Shown: positions 46,016 through 54,919 of the stretch, piece by piece | How the letters are laid out: each line of letters opens with the position of its first letter | Numbering within the stretch: position 1 is the stretch's first letter | DNA from: a virus | Virus record (IMG/VR): IMGVR_UViG_3300044732_001653 | Coordinates: 7,518-71,517 of that record | Reading direction: 5' to 3' (one strand) | Length of the DNA stretch: 64,000 nucleotides | Notes under the pieces: generated by a model | What the model was told of the DNA's origin: nothing | The model's input: only the letters and a program-made list of their open reading frames with translations | Databases searched by the model: none | Position numbers and translations under genes: made by a program

Positions 46016-46701
46016 GCCGCGCGAAAATCCTCACCACCTTCGGCACCGGCCCGGCCCGCGAGGCCCTGGCGATCAGCCTGCCGCTGATGGCGAGGTACGC
46101 CCAGCGGCATGGCTATCGGCTTGTCGTGCCGAGTGATGCGGAGGTCAATCTTCTCTGCCACGGCCGCCCGCCGTCGTGGGGGAAGGTCGCATGGCTGAAG
46201 CAGTTGTCCCGCGAGTCGTTTGAGTCGACGGTCCTGTGGCTCGACGCCGACGTCGTCGTCTGCCGGCATGACGTCGACATTGCCGGGGACGACCCGGATT
46301 CCCTGCCGTTCGTCTCGATGGCTGTACAGAACACGCCGGACGGCGCGGTTCCAAGCTGCGGTGTGATTCTGATCAACAACGACGCCAACAGCTACTACTA
46401 CATCCAAGAGTGTTACCACGCCATTTGGAACGCCTGCGGCCCCGACGGCATGAACGCCGTCCGCTCCTCGGGCTGGTGGGAGCAGGCCGCGATGATCCGA
46501 TGGCTCGGGGGCGACCCCGACCCGACGCCGATCGTCACGCCGCCGCCGTCCAACAAGTGGGGCGAACTGGCCTACGAGTGGAATCCCCACCCCTGCGACC
46601 CGAGGGGTATTCCCGACGACCTGCGGTTTTTCCACGCTACGGCGACGAATGATCGCTTTGGCGAAATGAGACGATGGGCACAACGAGCGGAGACTCAATG
46701 A
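46012..46701 (+). CDS. GT34/MNN10-like glycosyltransferase
   Basis: 'YAQRHGY', 'PSWGKV', 'LWLDAD', 'WWEQAAM', 'EWN', 'FFHA'. Confidence 0.8.
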   Translation: MSRAKILTTFGTGPAREALAISLPLMARYAQRHGYRLVVPSDAEVNLLCHGRPPSWGKVAWLKQLSRESFESTVLWLDADVVVCRHDVDIAGDDPDSLPFVSMAVQNTPDGAVPSCGVILINNDANSYYYIQECYHAIWNACGPDGMNAVRSSGWWEQAAMIRWLGGDPDPTPIVTPPPSNKWGELAYEWNPHPCDPRGIPDDLRFFHATATNDRFGEMRRWAQRAETQ

Positions 46702-47591
46702 TCCACCCCCTGATGGTTCAGCCACTCGACGCCGAGTACGCGGAATCTTTCAGGAAGAATGTAGTGGCCGGCATGGACATTGCCGCCGGCGAAACTATCA
46801 ACATCGTGGCGATCGCCCGCAACTGCGGGGAGCATCTCACGAATACGCTGGAGTGCATCGACTCCATGCGGCCGTATTTCGGCAAGCTGCGGTTCTACGC
46901 TTTTGAGAACGACTCGGCCGACGACACCGCGGCCACGCTCGACGCCTACGCCACCCGGCACCCCGATGCCGTCGTCGAGCATGACACGCTGAAGCGGCCC
47001 GACCTGCGGGGCTGGGAGCCGGATCGAACCGTCGCCCTGGCCGAGTACCGCAACCGCTGCCGGGACTACGTCGAGGCACACTGGAGCGATGCCCAGTGGA
47101 CCATCGTTCTCGACATGGACCCGCACGGCGGCTTCCTGCCGGACGGGGTTTTCAACTCGATCTACTGGCTCGCCGCGGCGGGCCGGCGGTTCGCGCCGTC
47201 GGGTGGCGTCTACTCAACCCCCGGCGCCATGGCCTCCTACTCGATCCTGCGGCAAACCGCCCAGGGCAACGAGATACCAGGAGCGAAGGCCGGGGACGTC
47301 TACTGGGCACACTACGACGCCTACGCCGCGAGACCGATGTCGTGGTGGCGCGACCGCAAGGGCGAAATCGGCATGGGCTGGTTTCAGCACATGATGATGC
47401 CGATCGGCGCGCCGCCGATGCGAATGAACTCGGCTTTCGGTGGCCTCTGCCTGTACCGCACCGACGCATTCTTGTCGAGTAGGTATCAGGGCGGTGACTG
47501 CGAACACGTCCACTTCCATCGTGGCATGGCCGCCGCCGGCTTCGACCTCTACCTCAATCCGGGGAGCGTCTATGTCGCGATCCTGGGATGA
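46698..47591 (+). CDS. GT-A glycosyltransferase (CAP59/GT69-like)
   Basis: 'FENDSADDT', 'LAEYRN', 'VLDMD', 'SAFGGLCLY', 'CEHVHFH'. Confidence 0.8.
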   Translation: MIHPLMVQPLDAEYAESFRKNVVAGMDIAAGETINIVAIARNCGEHLTNTLECIDSMRPYFGKLRFYAFENDSADDTAATLDAYATRHPDAVVEHDTLKRPDLRGWEPDRTVALAEYRNRCRDYVEAHWSDAQWTIVLDMDPHGGFLPDGVFNSIYWLAAAGRRFAPSGGVYSTPGAMASYSILRQTAQGNEIPGAKAGDVYWAHYDAYAARPMSWWRDRKGEIGMGWFQHMMMPIGAPPMRMNSAFGGLCLYRTDAFLSSRYQGGDCEHVHFHRGMAAAGFDLYLNPGSVYVAILG

Positions 47592-48021
47592 CAACCTGCG
47601 TCCCAAGGAGAGGGCGAACTTGATTCGGCGCCTCCATCGCGTCTGGGTTGCTGACCTGTCGCTGGAGGAGGTGTGTGACGAGATGACGTCGTGCCTGCGA
47701 TGCCTGCGGGGAAATCCTGGGCGGATGGAGGGCGGCGTCACCTGCGACCTCTGTGGCGGTAGCGGCATCATGGGCGGGTTCACCGCTGATCTTGTGGCCG
47801 CCATGGCGAGAGACGTCGGCCTGCCGCTAGAGCGGCCGGAGGCGTCTTACTGCCCCGATGAAGCGGCCATTCGGCTTGCATGCGCGAAGGTGCGCATGGG
47901 GTGGTCGAATGCTCAGATCGAGGCATCCCTGCGTGGTACAATACCTAGTGGGGGAGACAATGCCCGAGGTGCGTCTGAAAATCGATCGGCACCGGGCCGT
48001 CCTTCAGTTACTGAGGGATGA
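47572..48021 (+). CDS. GcrA-like paralogue 3 with inserted CxxC zinc finger
   Basis: 'VW..LSLEEVC', CLRC/CDLC, 'ARDVGLP', 'PDEAAIRLACAKVRMGWS'. Confidence 0.5.
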   Translation: MSRSWDDNLRPKERANLIRRLHRVWVADLSLEEVCDEMTSCLRCLRGNPGRMEGGVTCDLCGGSGIMGGFTADLVAAMARDVGLPLERPEASYCPDEAAIRLACAKVRMGWSNAQIEASLRGTIPSGGDNARGASENRSAPGRPSVTEG

Positions 48022-48175
48022 CGGGTCGTCTGTGGACACGGAAGAGTGGGTCTTTGATCCGCCGCTTGCACGCGGCGAGGCGCGAGGGACAGCGCGTGAC
48101 ACCTTCGATGATGTCTACGAAACACTGAACTTTATGGCCCATGGACTCCCTGAATCCGAATCTGAATCCGAGTGA
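47960..48175 (+). CDS. Hypothetical protein
   Basis: GGGGAG RBS before ATG 47960. Confidence 0.5.
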   Translation: MPEVRLKIDRHRAVLQLLRDDGSSVDTEEWVFDPPLARGEARGTARDTFDDVYETLNFMAHGLPESESESE

Positions 48176-48333
48176 CGAGCAGTTTTCATACGGCAATGAC
48201 TCAACGCCGTTGATGGCTTACGTCCCCGAGGCCCCCCCGAGTCACTGGGGGAAGATCACGACCGACCGCAAGGGCTCCGAGGCTTACACCAAGTTTCTGC
48301 TGGCCGCAAAGAAGAAAAACGAGGAGAAGAACG

Positions 48334-48699
48334 ATGGGCGAAAGTGAAGTCAAGATTCTCACCCCCGAGGGTGGCGTGATGACGGTCAAGGGGACGGTCA
48401 TCCCCTCCGAGGTCGATCTGAACGACGAGCGGTTCGGTGCCGGCGGGATGCCGATCCTTGAGCAGCTTCGGCTCCTGGCCCAGTGGGGTCCGCTCCTCGG
48501 GCGGCTCCAGACGATCGCCATGGCGCCGACTCCTCGGGATCGGGCTCTTGCGGTCCTCGACGCTCTGGAGTTCGCGGCCGGCAAGACCTCGACGACCATT
48601 GACGACGACGCCATCGCTCACCTTGAGGCCATCCTCAAGACCGAGGAGGGCGCTGCACTGTTCAATTGGGTCGTCGCCTTGGTCACGGTGCGGGCATGA
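48334..48699 (+). CDS. Hypothetical protein
   Basis: GAGGAG RBS; 'KTSTTIDD'. Confidence 0.6.
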   Translation: MGESEVKILTPEGGVMTVKGTVIPSEVDLNDERFGAGGMPILEQLRLLAQWGPLLGRLQTIAMAPTPRDRALAVLDALEFAAGKTSTTIDDDAIAHLEAILKTEEGAALFNWVVALVTVRA

Positions 48700-48977
48700 A
48701 CGACATCGCAGCTATCGTCGTGTCTGTCGTAGCCATCGGCATTGCCTTGGCGTGGAATCCGCTTGTCGCCTGGGTGCGATCGGCGATGGCGCACGCGGGG
48801 CCGATCTCTCCGGTGCCGGTGCCCCCGACGGCCTCGGTTCGGACGCCGTTCTCCGCGGCCATCGACGCGCTCGCCGTCGTGCGGAATCGGCTGGTTGATA
48901 CGGGGTGCCTCGACGAGCCTGCGAAGGCGGCGATCGAGGCGGTGACGCATGCACTCATCTCGGGGACTGACAAGTGA
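48696..48977 (+). CDS. Membrane protein
   Basis: N-terminal TM helix; coupled. Confidence 0.6.
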   Translation: MNDIAAIVVSVVAIGIALAWNPLVAWVRSAMAHAGPISPVPVPPTASVRTPFSAAIDALAVVRNRLVDTGCLDEPAKAAIEAVTHALISGTDK

Positions 48978-49507
48978 ACAACCTTGCCAAGGGGCTCATC
49001 GTGGCGGTCGTCCTGCTGTTTGTGTGGAGGGACCGCCTCGACAGCCTCATTCACCCGCAGGATGTTCCGACGGTGGCTGTCACGGCCCCCGACGCCGACG
49101 CGAAGGCGTGGACGAGTGGCATCAAGGTCGACGGCATTCTGCCCGTCGACCGCGACTACTACGGCCGCTTCTTCGACGGTCTCGACTGGATCATCGGCAA
49201 TGACGGCGAGCATGATGCCCCGATCATCGACACCAACGAGAAGCTCCGGCGATTCGTCGCCGGGAGCCTCGACGCTGCCATCGAGCGGAAGATGGTCGGC
49301 AAGTATCCCGGCCTGGGCGAGTCGCTCGACCGGGCGTTTGCGTTGGCGGCCAGCAACGTCGATGTCTCGACGCTCACCTCGCCCGAGGCCATCGAGAAGG
49401 CTGTGTCGGATGGTCTCGCCCCCAGGCCGATGACGAAGGCGCTTCGCGAGCGGATGCGGAAGTGTGCCAGGGCGATCTGCTGGAAGCTCACGATCAAGGG
49501 GGAGTAG
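48974..49507 (+). CDS. Membrane-anchored protein
   Basis: N-terminal TM helix; coupled. Confidence 0.6.
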   Translation: MNNLAKGLIVAVVLLFVWRDRLDSLIHPQDVPTVAVTAPDADAKAWTSGIKVDGILPVDRDYYGRFFDGLDWIIGNDGEHDAPIIDTNEKLRRFVAGSLDAAIERKMVGKYPGLGESLDRAFALAASNVDVSTLTSPEAIEKAVSDGLAPRPMTKALRERMRKCARAICWKLTIKGE

Positions 49508-49510
49508 TCC

Positions 49511-50512
49511 ATGGCTGTCTTCAATCCCCTCGACGCATACAACAATGGGCTCCAGGGCGCGCGGGTCGACCCTCGCGCCGACGAGATGCTCATCGACCTC
49601 GTCATGCGTACCGGCGGCGACCCTGACGGCGGGCGCGTCGCGTACAACTGGGGTCTTGAAGGCGCCGGGAAGGACAAGCTCTCGCTGCTGTTCCCGTATG
49701 TCGAGCAGTGCTACCCCGGCGCGTTTCCAGGGCCGACGCAACTCTGGGGCGACTGCACTGCGGCTGCTGCGATTCGCGCGGCCCTCGGTTCGCTGTGCGT
49801 CGAGGTAGTCCTCGGCAAGCCGGACGAAGAGACAGGCCACACCGAGGAAGCCCCCGAGGTCTCTGAGGTTGCTCGCAAGAATTGTCCGATCAGCCAAGAG
49901 AGCGTTTTTGCGTATCGCGGTTTCGCGGATGATGGATGGTCGTGCGGCGCAGCGGCACAGACGATCATGGAAAAGGGCTTCCTGCTTCGTCAGAACTACC
50001 CCGACCTCGGTATCGACCTCACGAAGTACACCGAACAGACGATCCGCATCGGTGGCGCCAAGCGACCCAGCGCGGCGTTTGAGGCCGAGAGCAAGAAGCA
50101 TCGCGTCCGTACCGTGACGGTGATCGACGACGTCGCGGCCATCGGCGACTACATCGCCTCGGGTTTCGCGGTCGTCTTCTGCCACTCGCTCAAGTGGTCT
50201 TCGGTGCGGAATGAGGACGGCTACTCGCCGGTCGTGCCCGGCGAGTGGATGCACTCGCAGTCGATCCAAGGGTGGGACTCCCGCCCGGTGACGATCAAGA
50301 AGTACGGCGAGCCGCTCGCGCTGGTCTTGAACCAGTGGGCGAAGTGGAACACGGGGCCGCGTCGGATTCCGGGGACGGACATCGACATCCCCGAGGGCTC
50401 CTACTGGACGAAGTCGAGTTCGTTCCGCAAGGCTCGCTGCATCGCCTATTCCTCGATCCTCGGGTGGCCGCGGAAGAAGCTGCCTGACTATGGGTTTGCG
50501 GGGCACATCTGA
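49511..50512 (+). CDS. Papain-like (C1) cysteine peptidase
   Basis: 'Q..GDC' (oxyanion Gln plus catalytic Cys), 'W.HS..I.GW', 'LVLNQW'. Confidence 0.75.
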   Translation: MAVFNPLDAYNNGLQGARVDPRADEMLIDLVMRTGGDPDGGRVAYNWGLEGAGKDKLSLLFPYVEQCYPGAFPGPTQLWGDCTAAAAIRAALGSLCVEVVLGKPDEETGHTEEAPEVSEVARKNCPISQESVFAYRGFADDGWSCGAAAQTIMEKGFLLRQNYPDLGIDLTKYTEQTIRIGGAKRPSAAFEAESKKHRVRTVTVIDDVAAIGDYIASGFAVVFCHSLKWSSVRNEDGYSPVVPGEWMHSQSIQGWDSRPVTIKKYGEPLALVLNQWAKWNTGPRRIPGTDIDIPEGSYWTKSSSFRKARCIAYSSILGWPRKKLPDYGFAGHI

Positions 50513-51036
50513 TGACCACCCTACAAGTCATCGCCGCCGTCTTCACCGCCGAACTCATCACCGGAATGGTGCATTGGTGGGAGGACCGCTACGGCAATCC
50601 TGATTGGCCTGTGCTTGGAAAGTACGTCATCCGACCGAACATCGAGCATCATGCTAATCAGACCGCCTTCACCAGGGGTGACTACTGGACTCGCAACTGG
50701 ACGGTCCTCGTCCCGTCGCTCACGGCCGCCGCGATCGCTGCGGCCTTCGGCCAGTGGTGGCTCGCTCTGGTTGCCGTCATCGTCAGCCAGGGCAACGAGA
50801 TTCACTGCTGGAGTCACCAGCGGTGCAGTCGGCCCATCCGGGGGTTGCAGCTTCTGGGCATCCTCCAGAGTCCAGAGCAGCACGCGAAGCATCACGCCCA
50901 GCCGTTCGACAGGAACTACTGCGTGATGACCGACGCGACGAATCCGACGCTCCAGGCGATCCGGTTCTGGCAGGGGCTGGAGTGGTGCGTGGCGTTGTTT
51001 GGTATCCGTCCGAGAGTCGAGCGGGAGGTGGCGTGA
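50512..51036 (+). CDS. CarF/TMEM189(PEDS1)/FAD4-family lipid desaturase
   Basis: 'G.VHWWED.YG', 'N.EHH', 'N.IH.W.H', 'LQ.LG.LQS..QH..HH', 'NYC..T..N..L..FW..LE'. Confidence 0.85.
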   Translation: MTTLQVIAAVFTAELITGMVHWWEDRYGNPDWPVLGKYVIRPNIEHHANQTAFTRGDYWTRNWTVLVPSLTAAAIAAAFGQWWLALVAVIVSQGNEIHCWSHQRCSRPIRGLQLLGILQSPEQHAKHHAQPFDRNYCVMTDATNPTLQAIRFWQGLEWCVALFGIRPRVEREVA

Positions 51037-51782
51037 TGGCGATTGTTGACGAGCAAGACAACTTCGGAAAGCGGATCGCCGAGGTGCTGGGGCTCAGTGC
51101 CGGGATGGTCGTCGGCATCGACATTCGTGTCGAGCCGGGCAACTTCGTCACGGCCACGGCGAAGATTTTCCTCAAGGAGAATCAGGTCAAGGGCCTCGGG
51201 GTCATCTTCGACGAGATGAAGTTCGTCGGGATCAAGAAGACACCGGAGTCTGCCGCTCCGGTTTTCATGCCGCCCTCGCCCGTGCCACCGACAGGGCCGG
51301 TGACGTCTCCCGTGTACTGGCCGTGCGAGACCAGGAAGTGGTTTTCGTGGCTCCCTGTCGTTCTCCTCCTCGTCGCCGGTTGCCGCCCGGCGTCCCCGCC
51401 CCCGCCGGACCTTCGGCCGTGGATCGCCGTCACTGGGGTCTACGCCCTGATGGCTCCCGCGATCGCCCCGCTCCCGCCGGCCCCGGCGCCGGGAGCCCCA
51501 TGCGAAAACTGCAATGGGAAGGGAACGGTCGGCGACGGCGTCGTCGGCAAGACCTGCCCAATCTGCGGCGGCACCGGGGTAACGCCATCCAAGGCCCCAG
51601 CAGCCCCGCTGCCGCCCGTTCCCACGGCCGGGGTGTCCGTAGACCCTCCGGCCCGTTCCGCCGCTCCGGGGGCCTCTGGTTCCCTCACACGGGGCCTGCC
51701 CGTTTCCACGGAGGAGGCCCCCACATTCCGAATCGTCTGCGAGGATGGAGTATGCCGGAAGATCAGAGTTTTGCCCCGCTGA
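51036..51782 (+). CDS. Fusion-like protein with internal lipoprotein-type signal and DnaJ-type CxxCxGxG finger
   Basis: 'LLLVAGC', 'CENCNGKG..CPICGGTG', 'CEDGVC'. Confidence 0.6.
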   Translation: MAIVDEQDNFGKRIAEVLGLSAGMVVGIDIRVEPGNFVTATAKIFLKENQVKGLGVIFDEMKFVGIKKTPESAAPVFMPPSPVPPTGPVTSPVYWPCETRKWFSWLPVVLLLVAGCRPASPPPPDLRPWIAVTGVYALMAPAIAPLPPAPAPGAPCENCNGKGTVGDGVVGKTCPICGGTGVTPSKAPAAPLPPVPTAGVSVDPPARSAAPGASGSLTRGLPVSTEEAPTFRIVCEDGVCRKIRVLPR

Positions 51783-52105
51783 AGCGGTACGTCCGCGAGC
51801 GGGGTGGCTTTCGCCTCGCCACCAGGGCGCGGTTCAGGGACCAGTGCGTCGATTGGGCTGTGGCCGACTGGCCGACCGGCGAACTGCCGGGTGAGATCGA
51901 GGCCCGCCTCCGCGAGCGGCTGGTCGCCCGCACCGAGGAGCGGTACGGCTCGATCCTCGCCACCCTGCTCATCGGCATCGCGGTCAATCTGATCTGCCGG
52001 CTGATCGTCGAGTGGTGGCTAGCCCGCCAGCTTAACCGGACCCTCATGGCAACGTGGCACTATGCCGAAACGAATCCCCCAGTTCCGCCCTCCGACCGCC
52101 CGTGA
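51752..52105 (+). CDS. Membrane protein
   Basis: 'YGSILATLLIGIAVNLICRLIVEWW'. Confidence 0.6.
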   Translation: MPEDQSFAPLKRYVRERGGFRLATRARFRDQCVDWAVADWPTGELPGEIEARLRERLVARTEERYGSILATLLIGIAVNLICRLIVEWWLARQLNRTLMATWHYAETNPPVPPSDRP

Positions 52106-52421
52106 CCGGCTCCCGGCCCGCCCCCGCGACGATGACCGGCTGTCGTCGTCGGCCCGCGGCTACGGGTCGGCAGCGTGGCAGCGGGTCCGTCTCGCCGTGA
52201 TCGCCCGCGACCAGGGAGCCTGTCGCCTTTGCGGCCTGCTTTGCTGGGGCGAGGGTGAAGCCCATGTCGATCACATCGATCCCAAGCGCCCAGGCGAGCC
52301 GGCCGAGGCCACGCCGATGGAGGGCTTGCGGCTCCTGTGCCGCAAGTGCCACTCCAGGCATGGCCTCAAGTGGTCGGCTCGGCCGGGAGGGGATTCTTCC
52401 GAGGGCGACCACGACGCTTGA
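52062..52421 (+). CDS. HNH endonuclease (terminase-associated type)
   Basis: 'RGYG..WQRVRL.V..RD..C..CG..HVDHI.P..L..LC..CHS'. Confidence 0.9.
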   Translation: MPKRIPQFRPPTARDRLPARPRDDDRLSSSARGYGSAAWQRVRLAVIARDQGACRLCGLLCWGEGEAHVDHIDPKRPGEPAEATPMEGLRLLCRKCHSRHGLKWSARPGGDSSEGDHDA

Positions 52422-52716
52422 CCGCCGTCGCCGGCGGGGACGGGGGGCGACGTTTCAGGCCGCGAGCCTTGAGTGCCGCATCAACCCCGGAGTGCGAGCA
52501 TTCGACGGCAAACATCGGGTCGGCTTTGAACTTCCACCCAGGCTCCAGCTTGTTCTCGGCGATCTTCGGGACATCAGCCTTGCGGATGATGTAGTGCCCG
52601 AAGACTTTCGTCGTGATTCCAAGCCGGTGAGCCGTTCGATAGGCCACCGATTGCTGGATTCCCGAGATCGTCGCGGCCTCGGACAACTTGACCCAATCTT
52701 CTGTCTCAATCAGCAT
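52366..52716 (-). CDS. HTH DNA-binding protein with AT-hook tail
   Basis: 'WVKLSEAATISGI', C-terminal 'KRRGRPRK'; AAGGAG RBS. Confidence 0.65.
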   Translation of the reverse strand: MLIETEDWVKLSEAATISGIQQSVAYRTAHRLGITTKVFGHYIIRKADVPKIAENKLEPGWKFKADPMFAVECSHSGVDAALKARGLKRRPPSPPATAVKRRGRPRKNPLPAEPTT

Positions 52717-52897
52717 GGTGTAGCTCCTTGAAATCATTCTTATCGAATCACTTGCAGCAGTCCATCCAGAAAATCGCGAACCGCCACGGCCAGCGGACCC
52801 CCCTGCCCTAGCTCCTGCCCCAGGCGGACCAAAAGCAGGGTACGAATCAACTCGTTCCAGCGTTTCGTCATACCCGTCTCCTCGTACCGGGGTCACG

Positions 52898-53050
52898 TCA
52901 GAGACCCCGCCGCCGCCGGCGAAGTCTCTCGGCCACCATCGCCGCCTGCCGCGCGCGTGCTGCTTGGATGTCTTGCGTGGTGGCTAGCTCCTTCGTGAGG
53001 AGAAACGCCAACCACTTTGCTTCGATGCGCTTGATTCTGTTCGTTCCCAT
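52898..53050 (-). CDS. Early-array hypothetical protein
   Basis: Starts at AAGGAACCCCCGACC-ATG. Confidence 0.55.
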   Translation of the reverse strand: MGTNRIKRIEAKWLAFLLTKELATTQDIQAARARQAAMVAERLRRRRRGL

Positions 53051-53091
53051 GGTCGGGGGTTCCTTCGTCTTGTGGGGTGTCGTTCCGTGAA

Positions 53092-53403
53092 TCAACCTTC
53101 CATCCGGCTCTCTTCGTCCTCGGCATCGAGCAGATCGCGGGCCAACCCCGCCCCCTGCTCACAGATGCCCTCGACCGTTCCGCCGCCGCCGACCCCGCCC
53201 TCGGCAATCGCCTCGGCAGCCGCGATGCCAGACTCGATCTCCCAATGGATCGCGAGGTCCGCGATCATCTCGGCCACCGACTCCTCAAAGGCCGCGCCTC
53301 TGGTACTGCGGCCGGTCATCTCCTCGTAGAGGCCCATGAGCTTCTCGGCGCGGGCATGGGCGTCGCCGCTGGTGTTCGCGGTCAGGTTGTTGGTCGTTGC
53401 CAT
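53092..53403 (-). CDS. Early-array acidic protein
   Basis: Starts at CCCCGACC-ATG; Glu/Asp rich. Confidence 0.65.
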   Translation of the reverse strand: MATTNNLTANTSGDAHARAEKLMGLYEEMTGRSTRGAAFEESVAEMIADLAIHWEIESGIAAAEAIAEGGVGGGGTVEGICEQGAGLARDLLDAEDEESRMEG

Positions 53404-53505
53404 GGTCGGGGTGTCTTTCTGTTCTAGTGGGGTAGTGTGGGCTGTCATCGTTTCGCCGGCCGGGGTTCCCATGCACGGGGGCCGGCGCCCGTGCGGGTTG
53501 TAGGT

Positions 53506-53943
53506 TCAAGACTCGATCAGCGTCCCAGGCGAGACCCTCTCCCAGATGATCGAGATGGCCGTTCGGAAGCTCTCGTACTCCGCGGACGGGGATTCATTCG
53601 TCCCGCCGTTGATGATGTCTTCCGGCTTCCAATCGCAGCCGTAGACGCGGTCATCGGGAGCGTGCGGCGTAAAGACGCCGGCCAAAGCCAAGGCCCCCCA
53701 GACGGCCATGCTGTCGAGGATGTTCCAGGGGTCGGCCGTCTCTCCGCACAGGTTCAACTGCTCGTTGATGTCGCCCTCAACGAGCGAGTCTTCCGGGTCG
53801 ATCGTTACGAACTGCCAGCCGGTTTCGTATGGCTCCGGTGCCGCCAAGGGCTCCGCGTCCCACTGCGACTCCCGCAGGAGCATGATTCCATCGGGCCCGG
53901 CGGCGGGGTATCCGATGATCCTGCGCCAGTAGATTCGTTCCAT
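53506..53943 (-). CDS. Early-array acidic protein
   Basis: GAGGAAA RBS after variant CCCCCGAACG. Confidence 0.65.
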   Translation of the reverse strand: MERIYWRRIIGYPAAGPDGIMLLRESQWDAEPLAAPEPYETGWQFVTIDPEDSLVEGDINEQLNLCGETADPWNILDSMAVWGALALAGVFTPHAPDDRVYGCDWKPEDIINGGTNESPSAEYESFRTAISIIWERVSPGTLIES

Positions 53944-54012
53944 CTCTCGTTTCCTCGTTCGGGGGTGTAATCGTCCAGGCCGGCACCGTGCCGGGGTTGC
54001 TATGGTCGGGGG

Positions 54013-54843
54013 TTAGGTCGCCTTGGCAATCGGCTCAACGCTTCCGGCAAACGGCTGGCCTTGAAACAGCCACCGACCAGCCTCGTCGCACCCGTAATCC
54101 GCCGCGTCTGTCGCAACCCATTCGGCAGCAGAGTAGGCCGCGCCGTCGTCAAGCATGACGTCGATGACCTCCCCGGCGTCGGTCGTGATTCTGTGCGTCG
54201 CAGACCATGACTCCAAGGCGGCGGCATCGCGATTCGCGAACACCTCCCTTGCCGCCTCCAGGCCAGCCTCATTCGCGGCGTCGATCGCCGCCCTCTCGTC
54301 GCTCGTCAGGTCGCCGGCCATCGTGCCGATGGCGCCGGCCGAATACCCCCAGTGTGCGCCGCACCACTGAGAGTGGAGGACACGACCATTCTTCGGCGCC
54401 TCGACGTCGAGGCGGCTGGCCCGGTCGTCGTCGGCCATGGCGATGATCGCGGCCCGGCGGTAGGCGGCACACGCCTCTTCCTGCGCCGGGTGATCCGACG
54501 GGGCCATCTCCCGCAGTCCAGCATTCCAACCGATCGTCTCGTCGGCAGTCGCAAACTCGACCGTCACCGGATCTGAGGGGGCGGCGGTGCCCTCTGCGGT
54601 GTCGATCCGCCAGCCGGCGCGGCGGGCAACGTCCTCCGCGATCATCGCCTCGTTTTCCACGTTGAGGTAGCCTTCCTCGCTGCCGACGACTTTGCCGGTC
54701 AGTTCGCCGTCGCCGTCAACCTCGGGCCACAATCCCTCCCAATCGACGGCATCGCGAGCCTCCTGCCATTCGGCGCTGCCCAAGGTCAGGCCAGCGCACG
54801 CCTCGGCGGCACGTTCGGGGGTCATTTCGTCCATCGGTCGCAT
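54013..54843 (-). CDS. Early-array acidic protein
   Basis: AGGAG RBS; very Asp/Glu rich. Confidence 0.65.
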   Translation of the reverse strand: MRPMDEMTPERAAEACAGLTLGSAEWQEARDAVDWEGLWPEVDGDGELTGKVVGSEEGYLNVENEAMIAEDVARRAGWRIDTAEGTAAPSDPVTVEFATADETIGWNAGLREMAPSDHPAQEEACAAYRRAAIIAMADDDRASRLDVEAPKNGRVLHSQWCGAHWGYSAGAIGTMAGDLTSDERAAIDAANEAGLEAAREVFANRDAAALESWSATHRITTDAGEVIDVMLDDGAAYSAAEWVATDAADYGCDEAGRWLFQGQPFAGSVEPIAKAT

Positions 54844-54919
54844 GATCGTCTCTCCTACGGGTTTCCACGTTCGGGGGCATCGGCACGTTGCCGATGCTCG
54901 TTTCGTCGTTCGGGGGGCA

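Noticed and set aside
48683-50506. 607-aa minus-strand ORF (likewise 11914-13395, 34442-35860, 17945-18922)
   Set aside because: Antisense shadows of well-supported plus-strand genes in high-GC DNA
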